From: an uncultured Smithella sp. | GTDB taxonomy: Bacteria > Desulfobacterota > Syntrophia > Syntrophales > Smithellaceae | Length of the DNA: 64,000 nt | Direction of reading: 5' to 3' | Assembly: GCA_964491435.1 (NCBI GenBank) | Contig: CAZBGE010000003.1 | Span: 3,644-67,643, forward strand | Part shown: one piece after another, positions 1-11,918 of the stretch | Position numbering within the stretch: the stretch's first letter is position 1 | How the letters are laid out: each line of letters begins with the position of its first letter | The notes under the pieces: model-generated | The model's input: only the letters and a program-made list of their open reading frames with translations | The model's database searches: none | What the model was told of the DNA's origin: nothing | Translations under genes and position numbers: made by a program

Positions 1-167
1 TTTTTTCAAAGGATTTCGATTTAAAATCCATAAACGCCTCCCCAGATCAGCGAGGTGTGACGAGCGAAAAAAACGTCACCGATCGCTTAGCGCCTGTCAC
101 CCCTCGCCCTTTCTTTTTGCGATGAGCGAAGAGCTTTTCGCACATCGCCTATTGCCCATCGCCTATC

Positions 168-2602
<2,435 letters not shown>

Positions 2603-2613
2603 CTGTTTCTCTA

Positions 2614-2640
2614 TACGGCAATAGGCAATCGTTTGCCGTA
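2614..2640. promoter_or_regulatory. Inverted repeat TACGGCAA-N11-TTGCCGTA just downstream of the predicted nrpR -10 (candidate autoregulatory operator)
   Basis: 8-bp perfect arms read directly. An extra GGCAA half-site sits in the spacer. The repeat lies 12-38 nt upstream of the nrpR ATG (2602). Confidence 0.35.
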
Positions 2641-2669
2641 TTTCTACTTTTAAACGGTTATTTTGTCAA
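2641..2669 (-). promoter_or_regulatory. Candidate sigma-70 promoter of nrpR (TTGACA-17 nt-TAGAAA on the minus strand)
   Basis: The plus strand shows tttcta (2641-2646) and tgtcaa (2664-2669). The -35 is perfect, the -10 is weak, and the spacer is 17 nt. Confidence 0.35.
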
Positions 2670-2861
2670 ATAAAAATTTAATTTTTTCTCATGTTTTGAT
2701 AAATGATTGATTTTATTGAAAATAAATAATGAAGTGATCTTGCCCTGTTGTCGTCATTCCGGCCGGAGGCTAGGGAGAGGCGGCTGATTGCGGCAGATCA
2801 ATTTTGCTGTGGAAAATTTCCGTGTTCCGGGCGTGCGCAAGCGATAACGGGGTATGAAATC

Positions 2862-3173
2862 CTATTTGGGTTTTTTGCCGTCGATGCCCAGCTTGGCCAT
2901 TTTATCGGTAAAAGTATTCCGGTTTATGCCCAAATATGCCGCCGCCGCACTTTTTACGTTACCGGAACGTCTGAGGGCGATTTTGAACAGACCTTTTTCC
3001 ACCATGGCCATGACTTCCTCGTGAAGCTTGCTTTTACCGTTGCCGGAAGCAGCTAAGACCGTGGCCAGATCGTCTAATTTTGTTTCCAGTATTTCTTCGA
3101 TGGACGAGTGACATGTTTCTTGAACACAACTTGCCGCTTCTGTCCGGTTTTGCTTGTTATCCATCATGATCAT
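2862..3173 (-). CDS. Fis-family small DNA-binding protein
   Basis: 103 aa. The C-terminal Fis-type HTH is GNVKSAAAAYLGINRNTFTDKMAKLGI. Confidence 0.7.
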   Translation of the reverse strand: MIMMDNKQNRTEAASCVQETCHSSIEEILETKLDDLATVLAASGNGKSKLHEEVMAMVEKGLFKIALRRSGNVKSAAAAYLGINRNTFTDKMAKLGIDGKKPK

Positions 3174-3247
3174 GAAACTCCCGCGCTTGAATCCATTTTG
3201 TGAATCCGTTTCCTTGAAAATTTTTAATGTTCCCGGCGATGAATATA

Positions 3248-3760
3248 TTATAATTTTATCAATTTGCTCAGGACAATCGCGATGATGATGATCAGGGCGA
3301 TCCAGGTAATAACGATCAGGGAGGTCCGTTCAATGGGAGACTCCAAGTATTTTCCAACTTCCGTTTCCACTTTCTCATTTTTCAGTTGATCCGCCAAATA
3401 GCGGATCAGGATCGCATGATCCTGCAAGAGATTGGAAAGTATATAAAACCCCTTTGTCGTGTTCAGAAGAAAGTAGGCCTTGTTGCGCATGACAACAACG
3501 CCCAGATGCGTAATTTCCGCCCAGGTGAAATGTTTTACGCGGAAAAATTTTTTAATGCTCAAGCCATTTTCGGAAACTGCAACCTCCCGCTCAAATGCTT
3601 CCACGGCGATAGCCAGCGTGACGGCGCATAAAACCGCAATCAGAATTTGTTCCCAGGACTGTCCGTTGAAAAAACTCAGCGCCAGCAGCGCAAATAAAAG
3701 CGCCGCCGTCATCGTGAAAGGAACCATAAAGGCTTTTTTTGTTTTATAAATCTGCTTCAC
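3248..3760 (-). CDS. Membrane protein, possible bacterial PH-like domain between TM helices
   Basis: 170 aa with hydrophobic helices at the N and C termini. Its start overlaps the moaC stop by 4 nt, which suggests translational coupling. Confidence 0.65.
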   Translation of the reverse strand: MKQIYKTKKAFMVPFTMTAALLFALLALSFFNGQSWEQILIAVLCAVTLAIAVEAFEREVAVSENGLSIKKFFRVKHFTWAEITHLGVVVMRNKAYFLLNTTKGFYILSNLLQDHAILIRYLADQLKNEKVETEVGKYLESPIERTSLIVITWIALIIIIAIVLSKLIKL

Positions 3761-4260
3761 GCATGCTCTCCGGATGATTCCAATGCTTTTCTGACAAAGT
3801 CGCCGCTTTTCCCGCCGCTTTTTTTCAGAAGCAAAATATCGCTGATGATCATTTCCTTATCCACGGCTTTGCACATGTCATAGATGGTCAGCGCGGCGAC
3901 ACTGACCGCCGTCAGCGCTTCCATTTCCACGCCAGTGGGGCCGATTGTCCGAACCACGGATTCAATGATCACTTGCGAATGATCGCCGTCCATGACAAAT
4001 TCCATGTCAATGCCGGTCAGCTCCAGCGGATGGCATAAGGGAATAAAATGGCCGGTTTTTTTTGCCGCCATAATGCCCGCGATTTTAGCGGTGGTCAGCA
4101 CGTTGCCCTTGGCTATCCGGCCTTCTTCAATCAAGGCGAGCGTACTGCTTTTCATTTTTACCCGGCCCTGCGCCACGGCTGTGCGGACGGTTTTGTTTTT
4201 GTCCGTCACATCCACCATTTGAATGTGGCCTGCATCATCAATGTGAGTAAACTTGTTCAT
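3757..4260 (-). CDS. moaC: Cyclic pyranopterin monophosphate synthase MoaC
   Basis: 167 aa with a typical MoaC N-terminus ([17 protein letters not shown]) and the core motif IPLCHPL. Confidence 0.93.
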   Translation of the reverse strand: MNKFTHIDDAGHIQMVDVTDKNKTVRTAVAQGRVKMKSSTLALIEEGRIAKGNVLTTAKIAGIMAAKKTGHFIPLCHPLELTGIDMEFVMDGDHSQVIIESVVRTIGPTGVEMEALTAVSVAALTIYDMCKAVDKEMIISDILLLKKSGGKSGDFVRKALESSGEHA

Positions 4261-4437
4261 GGCAGCTGCTGACTTTAATCTGTTTAAAATTTAGTTTAAT
4301 AAATTAAGCAGACCCTAGCATAGCGTCCTTTGCGAGTCAAGAAAGGCGGCAGAAATTTTTATCAATTAAAAAAACTTGATATAAATACATTGATTAGCTA
4401 GTACGTTGCCTCATCAATGCCTCCTTGGAGAAGAAAA

Positions 4438-5967
4438 GTGTTTATAAAAGTATTCAGCATGAGCGTAATCGGTATGGAATCTTATCCTGTGTCGGTAGAG
4501 GTGGATATTTCCCAGGGATTACCACAGTTTGCCACGGTCGGTCTGCCGGACGCCTCCGTGAAGGAAAGCCGGGACCGGATTAAGGCGGCCATCAAGAATT
4601 CCGGTTACTCTTTTCCACGTGATCATGTCACGGTTAATCTGGCGCCTGCGGATATTCGCAAGGAGGGAACAGGATTTGATTTGCCGATTGCCATTGGCAT
4701 TCTGGCGGCGGAAGAATTAATCCGGGAATCTGCTCTGGAGCGTTGTTTCTTTATCGGAGAATTGTCTCTGGACGGCAGCATTAAAGGCGTGCGGGGCGTC
4801 TTGCCTGCCGCGTTTAAGGCCAGAGAGCTGGGATTTCAATCGATTTTTGTGCCGGAAGAAAATGCGGCGGAAGCGGCGATGGTGGAGGGTATTCATGTCT
4901 ATGCCGTCGAAACTCTGCCAGATGTTGTTGAGTTTTTGGCGGAAAGGCGGATGATGGCGCCGCTTTCCCTGGATATTGGGGATCTTTTTCAGAAAAATCG
5001 TTCCTATGGCATTGATTTTTCTGAAATCAAGGGCCAGCAACAGGCGCTCAGAGCGCTGGAAATTGCGGCGGCCGGCGGCCATAATATTTTGATGATTGGT
5101 CCGCCGGGATCCGGCAAGAGCATGCTGGCTAAAAGATTGCCGACAATCCTGCCGGACCTTTCCTTTGAAGAAGCCATTGAAGTCACCAAAGTCTTTTCCG
5201 TGGCCGGCCTGCTGAATGCGGGGGAGACGCTGATTGCCGCGCGGCCTTTCCGTGCGCCTCATCATACTATTTCCGACGTCGGCCTGGTGGGCGGTGGTCA
5301 GATGCCGCATCCCGGAGAAATCAGCCTTGCTCATTTGGGGGTGCTTTTCCTGGACGAACTGCCGGAATTTAAAAGAAATACGCTGGAAGCGCTTCGTCAG
5401 CCGCTGGAAGATGGAACCATTACGATTACGCGCTCGGCTGTGACAGCCGGTTTCCCGGCGAAATTCATGCTGGTGGCGGCGATGAATCCCTGTCCCTGCG
5501 GCTATTTTGGCGATCGTGTCCGCCATTGCCGCTGTTCCCCCCAGCAGATCCGCCAATATCAGGCAAAAATATCCGGTCCTCTGCTGGATCGGATTGATTT
5601 GCATATTGAAGTTCCGTCAATCAAGTACCGGACCTTAACGGGAAAAGAGGGAGGAGAATCGTCCGCCGCAGTGAAAAAGCGTGTCGATGGCGCGCGGGAT
5701 CGGCAGAAGCGGCGTTTGGGAAATTCCGGTGTGGCAGTCAACGCCCGCATGACGGAAAAACAGATCCGATCCTTTTGCGTCATTGATGAGGAATCGCATC
5801 AATTGATGGAAATGGCCATTGAAAAACTGGGGCTTTCCGCTCGCGCCATGAACCGCATTCTGAAAGTCTCCCGCACGATCGCAGATCTGGACGGTATGGA
5901 AAACATTGCATCTTCACACATCGCTGAAGCAATTCAATATCGAAGCCTTGATCGCGGCATCGTTTAG
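4438..5967 (+). CDS. comM: Mg-chelatase-like ATPase YifB/ComM family
   Basis: Lon-like N-terminal domain (GLPDASVKESRDRIKAAIKNSGYSFP), Walker A GPPGSGKS, and a C-terminal ChlI-like domain. I preferred GTG 4438 with a GGAG RBS over the RBS-less ATG 4417 given in the ORF track. Confidence 0.88.
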   Translation: MFIKVFSMSVIGMESYPVSVEVDISQGLPQFATVGLPDASVKESRDRIKAAIKNSGYSFPRDHVTVNLAPADIRKEGTGFDLPIAIGILAAEELIRESALERCFFIGELSLDGSIKGVRGVLPAAFKARELGFQSIFVPEENAAEAAMVEGIHVYAVETLPDVVEFLAERRMMAPLSLDIGDLFQKNRSYGIDFSEIKGQQQALRALEIAAAGGHNILMIGPPGSGKSMLAKRLPTILPDLSFEEAIEVTKVFSVAGLLNAGETLIAARPFRAPHHTISDVGLVGGGQMPHPGEISLAHLGVLFLDELPEFKRNTLEALRQPLEDGTITITRSAVTAGFPAKFMLVAAMNPCPCGYFGDRVRHCRCSPQQIRQYQAKISGPLLDRIDLHIEVPSIKYRTLTGKEGGESSAAVKKRVDGARDRQKRRLGNSGVAVNARMTEKQIRSFCVIDEESHQLMEMAIEKLGLSARAMNRILKVSRTIADLDGMENIASSHIAEAIQYRSLDRGIV

Positions 5968-6041
5968 TGTTATGAAAAACTCGCTTAACCAATCTCCCGT
6001 TACGGGAAGGTTACCGGAAGATCTTTTATGAAGGGGACTCT

Positions 6042-7112
6042 ATGAAAATCAAAATTATTGAAGCGCTTCCCAAATACCTGAAGCCCAAACCTGATGAAAA
6101 AAAATTGGGATTCGGCCAGCATTTCACCGACCACATGTTTTCCATGAAATACAGGGAAGGCGACGGATGGTATGAACCGATCATCGAACCTTATCATTAC
6201 TTGCAGCTTGATCCGACCGCCATGTGTCTTCATTACGGCCAGGAAATATTTGAAGGCTTGAAAGCCTACCGCGGGAAAAACGACGAGATTTATCTTTTCC
6301 GTCCGATGGAGAACATCAGAAGAATGAATGTCTCAGCCGAAAGGCTGTGCATGGCGCCCATTGACGAAACAGTGTTTTTCGACGCCCTGAAAAAATTTGT
6401 TTTACTGGAGAAGGACTGGGTTCCCCGTGAGCCTGGTTCATCCCTTTACATCCGGCCGACCATGATCGCCACGGAGGCCGCTCTTGGCGTGCATCCGTCG
6501 AGGGAATACCTTTTCTTTGTCATTGCCGGACCGGTGGGCGCGTATTACGCGCATGGTTTCGGGCCTACGAAAATATTTGTGACCGAAGACTATGTGCGGG
6601 CGGCGCCGGGCGGCACGGGAAACATTAAATCGGCGGGTAATTACGCCATGAGCCTTTACGCCAGCCGTATCGCCAGCGATATGGGCTATACGCAGGTGCT
6701 CTGGCTGGACGCGCGGGAAAATAAGTATGTGGAAGAAGTGGGCACCAGCAATATCTTTTTTGTCATCGGAGATCAATTGATTACGCCGCCGCTTGGAGGG
6801 ACTATCCTGCCGGGTGTCACGCGTGATTCCGTGATTAAGCTGGCGACTCATCTGGGGGTGGATGTTGATGAAAGACGGTTGGCCATAACGGAAGTGATTG
6901 AGGCCATCGAAAAGGGAACGCTGAAGGAGGCTTTTGCCTCGGGAACAGCCGCCGTCATTTCGCCGGTGGGACAAATTTATTATCATAAGAAAGAATATCT
7001 GATCAATCAGGGAAAGACAGGGGAGCTTGCCGGTAAATTGTATAATGAAATCATTCAGATTCAGTATGGCGTCAAGGAGGATCCCTTTGGCTGGCGCATA
7101 CAGCTTGCTTAG
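6042..7112 (+). CDS. ilvE: Branched-chain amino acid aminotransferase
   Basis: 356 aa, long-form class IV aminotransferase (FGQHFTDHMF..., GTGNIKSAGNY, EEVGTSNIFFV). Confidence 0.92.
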   Translation: MKIKIIEALPKYLKPKPDEKKLGFGQHFTDHMFSMKYREGDGWYEPIIEPYHYLQLDPTAMCLHYGQEIFEGLKAYRGKNDEIYLFRPMENIRRMNVSAERLCMAPIDETVFFDALKKFVLLEKDWVPREPGSSLYIRPTMIATEAALGVHPSREYLFFVIAGPVGAYYAHGFGPTKIFVTEDYVRAAPGGTGNIKSAGNYAMSLYASRIASDMGYTQVLWLDARENKYVEEVGTSNIFFVIGDQLITPPLGGTILPGVTRDSVIKLATHLGVDVDERRLAITEVIEAIEKGTLKEAFASGTAAVISPVGQIYYHKKEYLINQGKTGELAGKLYNEIIQIQYGVKEDPFGWRIQLA

Positions 7113-7336
7113 GGGCGGCCTATGACGGTCAAGGCCGGTGCAGATTTTTCCCCCTGGATACAAGCACTTGAATTTGTATTCCACAATGTTGTGGAAAAGC
7201 CTGTTGATAACTTTGTTCATAAGGCCGGTAAGTCCGCCCTGACTAGGGTTTTAGACCGGATTGCTTAAGGTTTGGGCAATTATATATATCAATAATATCA
7301 ATATGTTATTTATATTGCCTGTAATCATGGTCACTT

Positions 7337-8116
7337 ATGGCTCCTTTTATTGCCGGGATGTCCACGATGCAAAAAAAGTATTTCTCCCGATCAATTTTTT
7401 TTATAAAAATGGTTAAAAAAAAATTTAGTAAAAATGCATTATTGCTCAACGCAAAGACGTTTGCGGTTTTTGCGGCCATCCTTTTCGTGATGGTTTTGGC
7501 TTCCGCTTCCGGAGCTGCGGAACCGCCCGCCATTGACGAAACCATCAACCGGTTGCAGCGGATTTATGAGCAGACGCGTGATTTTCAGGCGAATTTTGTC
7601 CAGGAAACCACTGTCAAATCGATCCGGAAAACGGATGTGGAAGCAGGAGTTGTCTATTTTAAAAATCCAAAACAGATGCTCTGGGATTATAAGAAGCCGC
7701 AGGCCAAGAAACTCATCATTAATTCACGAAAAGCCTGGCTTTATCTGCCCCAGGAAAAAACTGCCTATCTTCAGGAATCTGAGCAGATTTTTAAATCCGA
7801 GGCCTTAATCAAATTTTTGTCCGGGCTGGGAAAACTCAAGGATGACTTTACCATCAAGTATGCTATCCCCCATGCCTTCGACAAGGGCGGAAATTATCTG
7901 CTGCTGTTATATCCGAGGGAAAAAGGCGCCTCCTATCAGTACCTGCAAATGACGGTTGCCAAAAGCGATTTTCATATTCTGCGCGTCAGTTTTGATGATA
8001 TGATGGGCAATTCCACAGTCCTGAAATTTTCCGGCATTAAAATGAACGCCGGATTGCCATCGAAATTATTTCAGTTCCAGCTGCCGCCGGATGTCAGTAT
8101 CTTTAAAATGCCGTAA
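7337..8116 (+). CDS. lolA: LolA-like outer-membrane lipoprotein carrier protein
   Basis: Signal peptide (FAVFAAILFVMVLASASGA) followed by a LolA-like fold (FQANFVQETT..., GVVYFKNPKQMLWDY). The start is uncertain; ATG 7409 is an alternative. Confidence 0.72.
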   Translation: MAPFIAGMSTMQKKYFSRSIFFIKMVKKKFSKNALLLNAKTFAVFAAILFVMVLASASGAAEPPAIDETINRLQRIYEQTRDFQANFVQETTVKSIRKTDVEAGVVYFKNPKQMLWDYKKPQAKKLIINSRKAWLYLPQEKTAYLQESEQIFKSEALIKFLSGLGKLKDDFTIKYAIPHAFDKGGNYLLLLYPREKGASYQYLQMTVAKSDFHILRVSFDDMMGNSTVLKFSGIKMNAGLPSKLFQFQLPPDVSIFKMP

Positions 8117-8207
8117 TCTTTTGCATGGCCGGCAGGCAGCTGTTCCAGCGGTGAGCGTCAGGGGAGCTTGCTGAAGACAGAATGACGTTGCCTGGCCGCT
8201 GGCCTAC

Positions 8208-9578
8208 CTAATCCACCGGCATTTTCTTATAGAAGGCAAGAGAGATTCCCGCCACGATAAACATGCAGATGCTGTAAAGGGCCGCCGTCACAAACATGGA
8301 GCTGTAAAAGTCGCCCATGACATCCTGCATCAAAAGAGCAATCGCCATTGAGAGAGAGGTATTCCTGATCAGGCCCTGGTAGGTCATTGCCCGGTTTTGG
8401 CTGTTGCCCGATCCGCTCAATTTCGAACCGGCGATGCCCAGCATCAGGGCGCTGCAAGCCAGCAAAAACGACGCCAGGGCGGCCATGCCGTACCGTTGAA
8501 TTTCTTTAAACGTTTCCAGGTTGCTGATCACGCCCGCGCAAACCAGAAACAGGAGGGCCGCCAGTCCCAGCGCGGTAAATACTTTTCTGGTTTTTTGCGC
8601 AAAGTCCGGCCATTTGGCCCGCACCGTCATGCCGATGAGCAGGGGAATAACGACCAGCACGACAATAGTCATGACAATCAGTACCGCGGGAATTTCGACG
8701 TCCGGAACGTTGGAACAGTAAAAATTCAGCAGCAGCGGCGTGAAAACCAGGGAAAGAATGGTCGATATGGCCGTAAGAGAGATAGAAAGGGCCAGATCTC
8801 CTCTGGTCAACTGGGTAAACAGGTTGGACATGACTCCACCGGGCGAGGCCATGACCAGCACGATCCCGATAAAAACAAAAGGCATGGCGTCATAAAAACC
8901 CATCAGCCGTCCGATGAAAACGGCGGCCAGCGGCAGGAGACCGTACTGGAGAAAAAGACCAGCAACGATACTCAAAGGCTTTGTGAAAACTGCGACAAAA
9001 TCCTTGACCGTGAGCGTCAGTCCCATGCCCATCAGCACAAAGAACAGCATCAGGACGATGCAAATTTTAAAGATCCTGTCAAACGGAAGCTGATGGGGGC
9101 GTTCGATAAAACGGGCAAAGGACAAGCGCCGGCCGTCAATGTTTGCTTTGACCGTCTCGATCTTAAAAGCCATCTTGTCCTGTAGCATCTTTTCCAGACC
9201 GGCATACCGCGGATCGGCGCCTGCCTGCGGCGTAGCCAGGATAAATATTTCCCCGGAGTGTTTCCTGACCAGGAAAACACTGACGCCGCCGGAAGTCTTA
9301 TCGCCTTTCTGAGGCTTGAGCAAACGGAGGTGGCCTTCGAATTCGAGGGGCTGAGCCTTTGTCCAATCCAGTTTCGCCGTTTCCTCTTTCATCCTGAGAA
9401 GCAGATTGCCGTCGCCTTTGCCCTGAACGGCATCGGAGATCGCCTGGTAATTTTTCTCTCCCTCGGAGACGTCAACCGCTGCCCGCACGGAAGAGGCATG
9501 GAACAACAGCAGGAAAAAGAGAATAAAAAGAAAAGAAACCCGCAACCCCGTGTGTTTGATACTGTCTGTTTGAATCAT
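8208..9578 (-). CDS. Bile acid:Na+ symporter (BASS/SBF) family transporter with an N-terminal secreted extension
   Basis: 456 aa. A signal peptide plus ~150 non-membrane residues is followed by a multi-TM SBF-like core (MASPGGVMSNLFTQLTRGDLALS). Confidence 0.8.
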   Translation of the reverse strand: MIQTDSIKHTGLRVSFLFILFFLLLFHASSVRAAVDVSEGEKNYQAISDAVQGKGDGNLLLRMKEETAKLDWTKAQPLEFEGHLRLLKPQKGDKTSGGVSVFLVRKHSGEIFILATPQAGADPRYAGLEKMLQDKMAFKIETVKANIDGRRLSFARFIERPHQLPFDRIFKICIVLMLFFVLMGMGLTLTVKDFVAVFTKPLSIVAGLFLQYGLLPLAAVFIGRLMGFYDAMPFVFIGIVLVMASPGGVMSNLFTQLTRGDLALSISLTAISTILSLVFTPLLLNFYCSNVPDVEIPAVLIVMTIVVLVVIPLLIGMTVRAKWPDFAQKTRKVFTALGLAALLFLVCAGVISNLETFKEIQRYGMAALASFLLACSALMLGIAGSKLSGSGNSQNRAMTYQGLIRNTSLSMAIALLMQDVMGDFYSSMFVTAALYSICMFIVAGISLAFYKKMPVD

Positions 9579-9590
9579 AAGAATCCCTCT

Positions 9591-10577
9591 CTATTGGACT
9601 GTTAATAGATGACCGGATGTCTTGAGCAAGGCGGCAATGCCGGCGCGGTCCGCCTCCGTAACCTGGGGAAGCGGGCTGCGCACCTTTGCCGTGATCGGAT
9701 GCCCGAGCTGGCGCAGGGTTTCCTTGAAAACCGCCTGCCTCGGTTTCTTTCCGATCATGGTCGGAAAAGGCAGACGGGTGATCGCCTTGAAACCCTTCGT
9801 CTGAAGGGTTGCGGACATGCCGAAACTGTTCATCAGTCCGATATGCCCGAAGATAGCATTCTCGTATCGCCTGGCGGTTGCCTTGTCGCCCGCCATCCAG
9901 GCGTTGTAGCAGTCAATGACCAGACGCGGCGCAACGGAGGGAATGGAACACATGGTTCCCGAACCGCCGGATTCCAGAGCGGCCAGAAGAAGCTGGCAGG
10001 TGCCGCTGAAAAAGGAAAAATCTTTTCCGGCCAGAGATTTCAAATGACTCCTCAGTTCCGGAACGCACACAGCGCTTTCCTTGGCCCCGGCAATTCCTTC
10101 GATCCTGTAGAGCCTGGCCATCTGATCCGTATTGAAAAAATGTCCCGTAATCTGGGGGTAGTGGTAATACAGCACCTTCTTGCCGGTGCGCTGAACGGCT
10201 TCCCTGTAGAAGGAATAGACGTCTTCAAATTTCAGAGGGAAATAGGAGGGAAGGGCGGTAAGAAATGCATCTACTGCGGCGGACTCCGCTTTCTTGAAAA
10301 AATCTGTCAACTCCGCAAGGCTCATAAACGTGCATCCGGCAATGACGGAAATCCTTTTATTGACCTTTTGAACCACGGTATTGATGATATCGATTTTTTC
10401 ATCGATCGTGAAATACGGAGATTCTCCGCCGCTTCCCAGAATCAGCAGGCCGTGGCAGCCCTCCCGCACATAATAGTCCACAAGATGTTCCAGCCCGGCG
10501 AGATCAAGACTTTCATTTTCTTTTAACGGCGTGGGGACAACGGGATATACGCCATGGAATTGTGATAACCTGACCAT
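9591..10577 (-). CDS. DapA/DHDPS-family class I aldolase-like lyase
   Basis: 328 aa (GVYPVVPTPL..., LILGSGGESPY, YHYP, Schiff-base lysine context GAKES). AAGGAG RBS. Confidence 0.85.
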   Translation of the reverse strand: MVRLSQFHGVYPVVPTPLKENESLDLAGLEHLVDYYVREGCHGLLILGSGGESPYFTIDEKIDIINTVVQKVNKRISVIAGCTFMSLAELTDFFKKAESAAVDAFLTALPSYFPLKFEDVYSFYREAVQRTGKKVLYYHYPQITGHFFNTDQMARLYRIEGIAGAKESAVCVPELRSHLKSLAGKDFSFFSGTCQLLLAALESGGSGTMCSIPSVAPRLVIDCYNAWMAGDKATARRYENAIFGHIGLMNSFGMSATLQTKGFKAITRLPFPTMIGKKPRQAVFKETLRQLGHPITAKVRSPLPQVTEADRAGIAALLKTSGHLLTVQ

Positions 10578-10671
10578 GAAGAGTCTCCTTGCTAGATAAT
10601 TGCGATAATAATGACATTTTATACGACATAGCCGTAATAATATGCAAATATATTTTTATATAGTAAATTCA

Positions 10672-10699
10672 TTGACTATGTACAACAATGTAGTATAAT
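10672..10699 (+). promoter_or_regulatory. Candidate sigma-70 promoter (TTGACT-16 nt-TATAAT) for the frhB-like/iorAB/ilvD-like operon
   Basis: Read directly in the AT-rich divergent intergenic region, about 65 nt upstream of ATG 10765. Confidence 0.45.
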
Positions 10700-10764
10700 A
10701 CGCAAGATTATTTATCAAGTATTCATAACGATATCTGATGCATGATGACAGGAGGGTAAGATAG

Positions 10765-11895
10765 ATGGATGAAAATAAGGAAAGCGGAGGGCAGCAGGAA
10801 CTCGTCGAGATGGTCCAGAAGGCCGGTCTCTGCACTGGTTGCGGGGCTTGTGTCAGTCTTTGCCCTTACCAGGTGTCTTATCAGGACCGGACGGTGGTGC
10901 TCCATGCCTGTGACAAAAAAATCGGGCGCTGTTACCTTTTCTGCCCCCGCACTAAGTCGGATCTTGATGCTCTCAGGAAGGCTTTTTTTGCGGAGACCGA
11001 TTTGACTCCGGAGATCGGCGCCGTGAAAGGTTACTACATAGCGCGCGCCAGGGACGAAGAGGATAGAAAAGACGCCCAGCACGGCGGCGTGGTGACGGCG
11101 CTCATCAGCCTTGCCCTTGAGGAGGGACTGATCGATACGGCGGTTGTCGCCGAGGGAAAGGATGAATTTCTGCATCGGGGCGTGGCGGTGAAGGATCCGC
11201 AAGATGTCAGGAAAAGAGGCAAAAGCAAGTTTATTGTTTCGCCAACGGTTGCCGAATTCAACCGGGCTGCCAGAACGGACGCCGGAAAGATCGGCGTGGT
11301 GGCCACACCCTGCCAGGCTTTAGCTCTGGCCAAGATGCGCATGAAACCATTTCCCGAAAATGAAAGCAACATAGACAAACTGGGATTGGTGGTCGGCCTT
11401 TTCTGCGGATGGACCTTATCGTGGCGGCAGTTTTGCGAGCTGCTTTGCAAAAAAACCACTCTGGATGGGATTCAGGGGATGGATATCCCTCCGGGGAAAA
11501 GGTCCGTTGAAGTTTACACCAAGGGAGGTGTCATCGTCTTCTCCATGGATGAAATTGCCGCCATCACCAGGGAGGCCTGTCTGTACTGCGCCGATACGAC
11601 AGCGGAATTCAGTGATATTTCCGTAGGTTCCGCCAGAATTCCCGGCCGCTGGGAGGAGATCAGGAGTTGGAATCAGATTATCGTGAGAACAAAACAAGGT
11701 CAGGAACTACTGAATCTGGCCGGGAAAAAGGGTGTGCTCGAATTCAGGGAGGCAACCGGGGAGCTCAAGGAATTGAAGGATGCCGCCGCCGGAAAGAAGC
11801 GGGCCGCTTACAGGAAGCTAATTGAAAAAAGCGGAAGCGATGATGATTTGATTTACCTGGATCGCCGGGATGCGGTGGTTTCTGCTTTCATATAA
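10765..11895 (+). CDS. FrhB/FdhB-family (coenzyme F420 hydrogenase beta-like) Fe-S flavoprotein
   Basis: 376 aa. An N-terminal ferredoxin-like Cys motif (CTGCGACVSLCP...CPRT) is followed by FrhB-like N and C domains. GGAGGG RBS. Confidence 0.78.
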   Translation: MDENKESGGQQELVEMVQKAGLCTGCGACVSLCPYQVSYQDRTVVLHACDKKIGRCYLFCPRTKSDLDALRKAFFAETDLTPEIGAVKGYYIARARDEEDRKDAQHGGVVTALISLALEEGLIDTAVVAEGKDEFLHRGVAVKDPQDVRKRGKSKFIVSPTVAEFNRAARTDAGKIGVVATPCQALALAKMRMKPFPENESNIDKLGLVVGLFCGWTLSWRQFCELLCKKTTLDGIQGMDIPPGKRSVEVYTKGGVIVFSMDEIAAITREACLYCADTTAEFSDISVGSARIPGRWEEIRSWNQIIVRTKQGQELLNLAGKKGVLEFREATGELKELKDAAAGKKRAAYRKLIEKSGSDDDLIYLDRRDAVVSAFI

Positions 11896-11918
11896 CGAGA
11901 TGGATACGGGAGGTGGCG

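Noticed and set aside
119-148. Strong hairpin (GCGATG-a-GCGAA-gagctt-TTCGC-a-CATCGC) 20 nt downstream of the gdhA stop, and a second hairpin at 55-80, as intrinsic terminators
   Set aside because: On the gdhA (minus) transcript the stems are followed by A-rich rather than U-rich sequence. The T-run sits on the wrong side. They may stabilise the 3' end, but they are not canonical terminators.
4261-4416. Possible molybdenum-cofactor riboswitch upstream of moaC
   Set aside because: I could not recognise the conserved Moco-motif helices or loops in the 156-nt leader region. A covariance-model scan (Rfam RF01055) would be needed to settle it.
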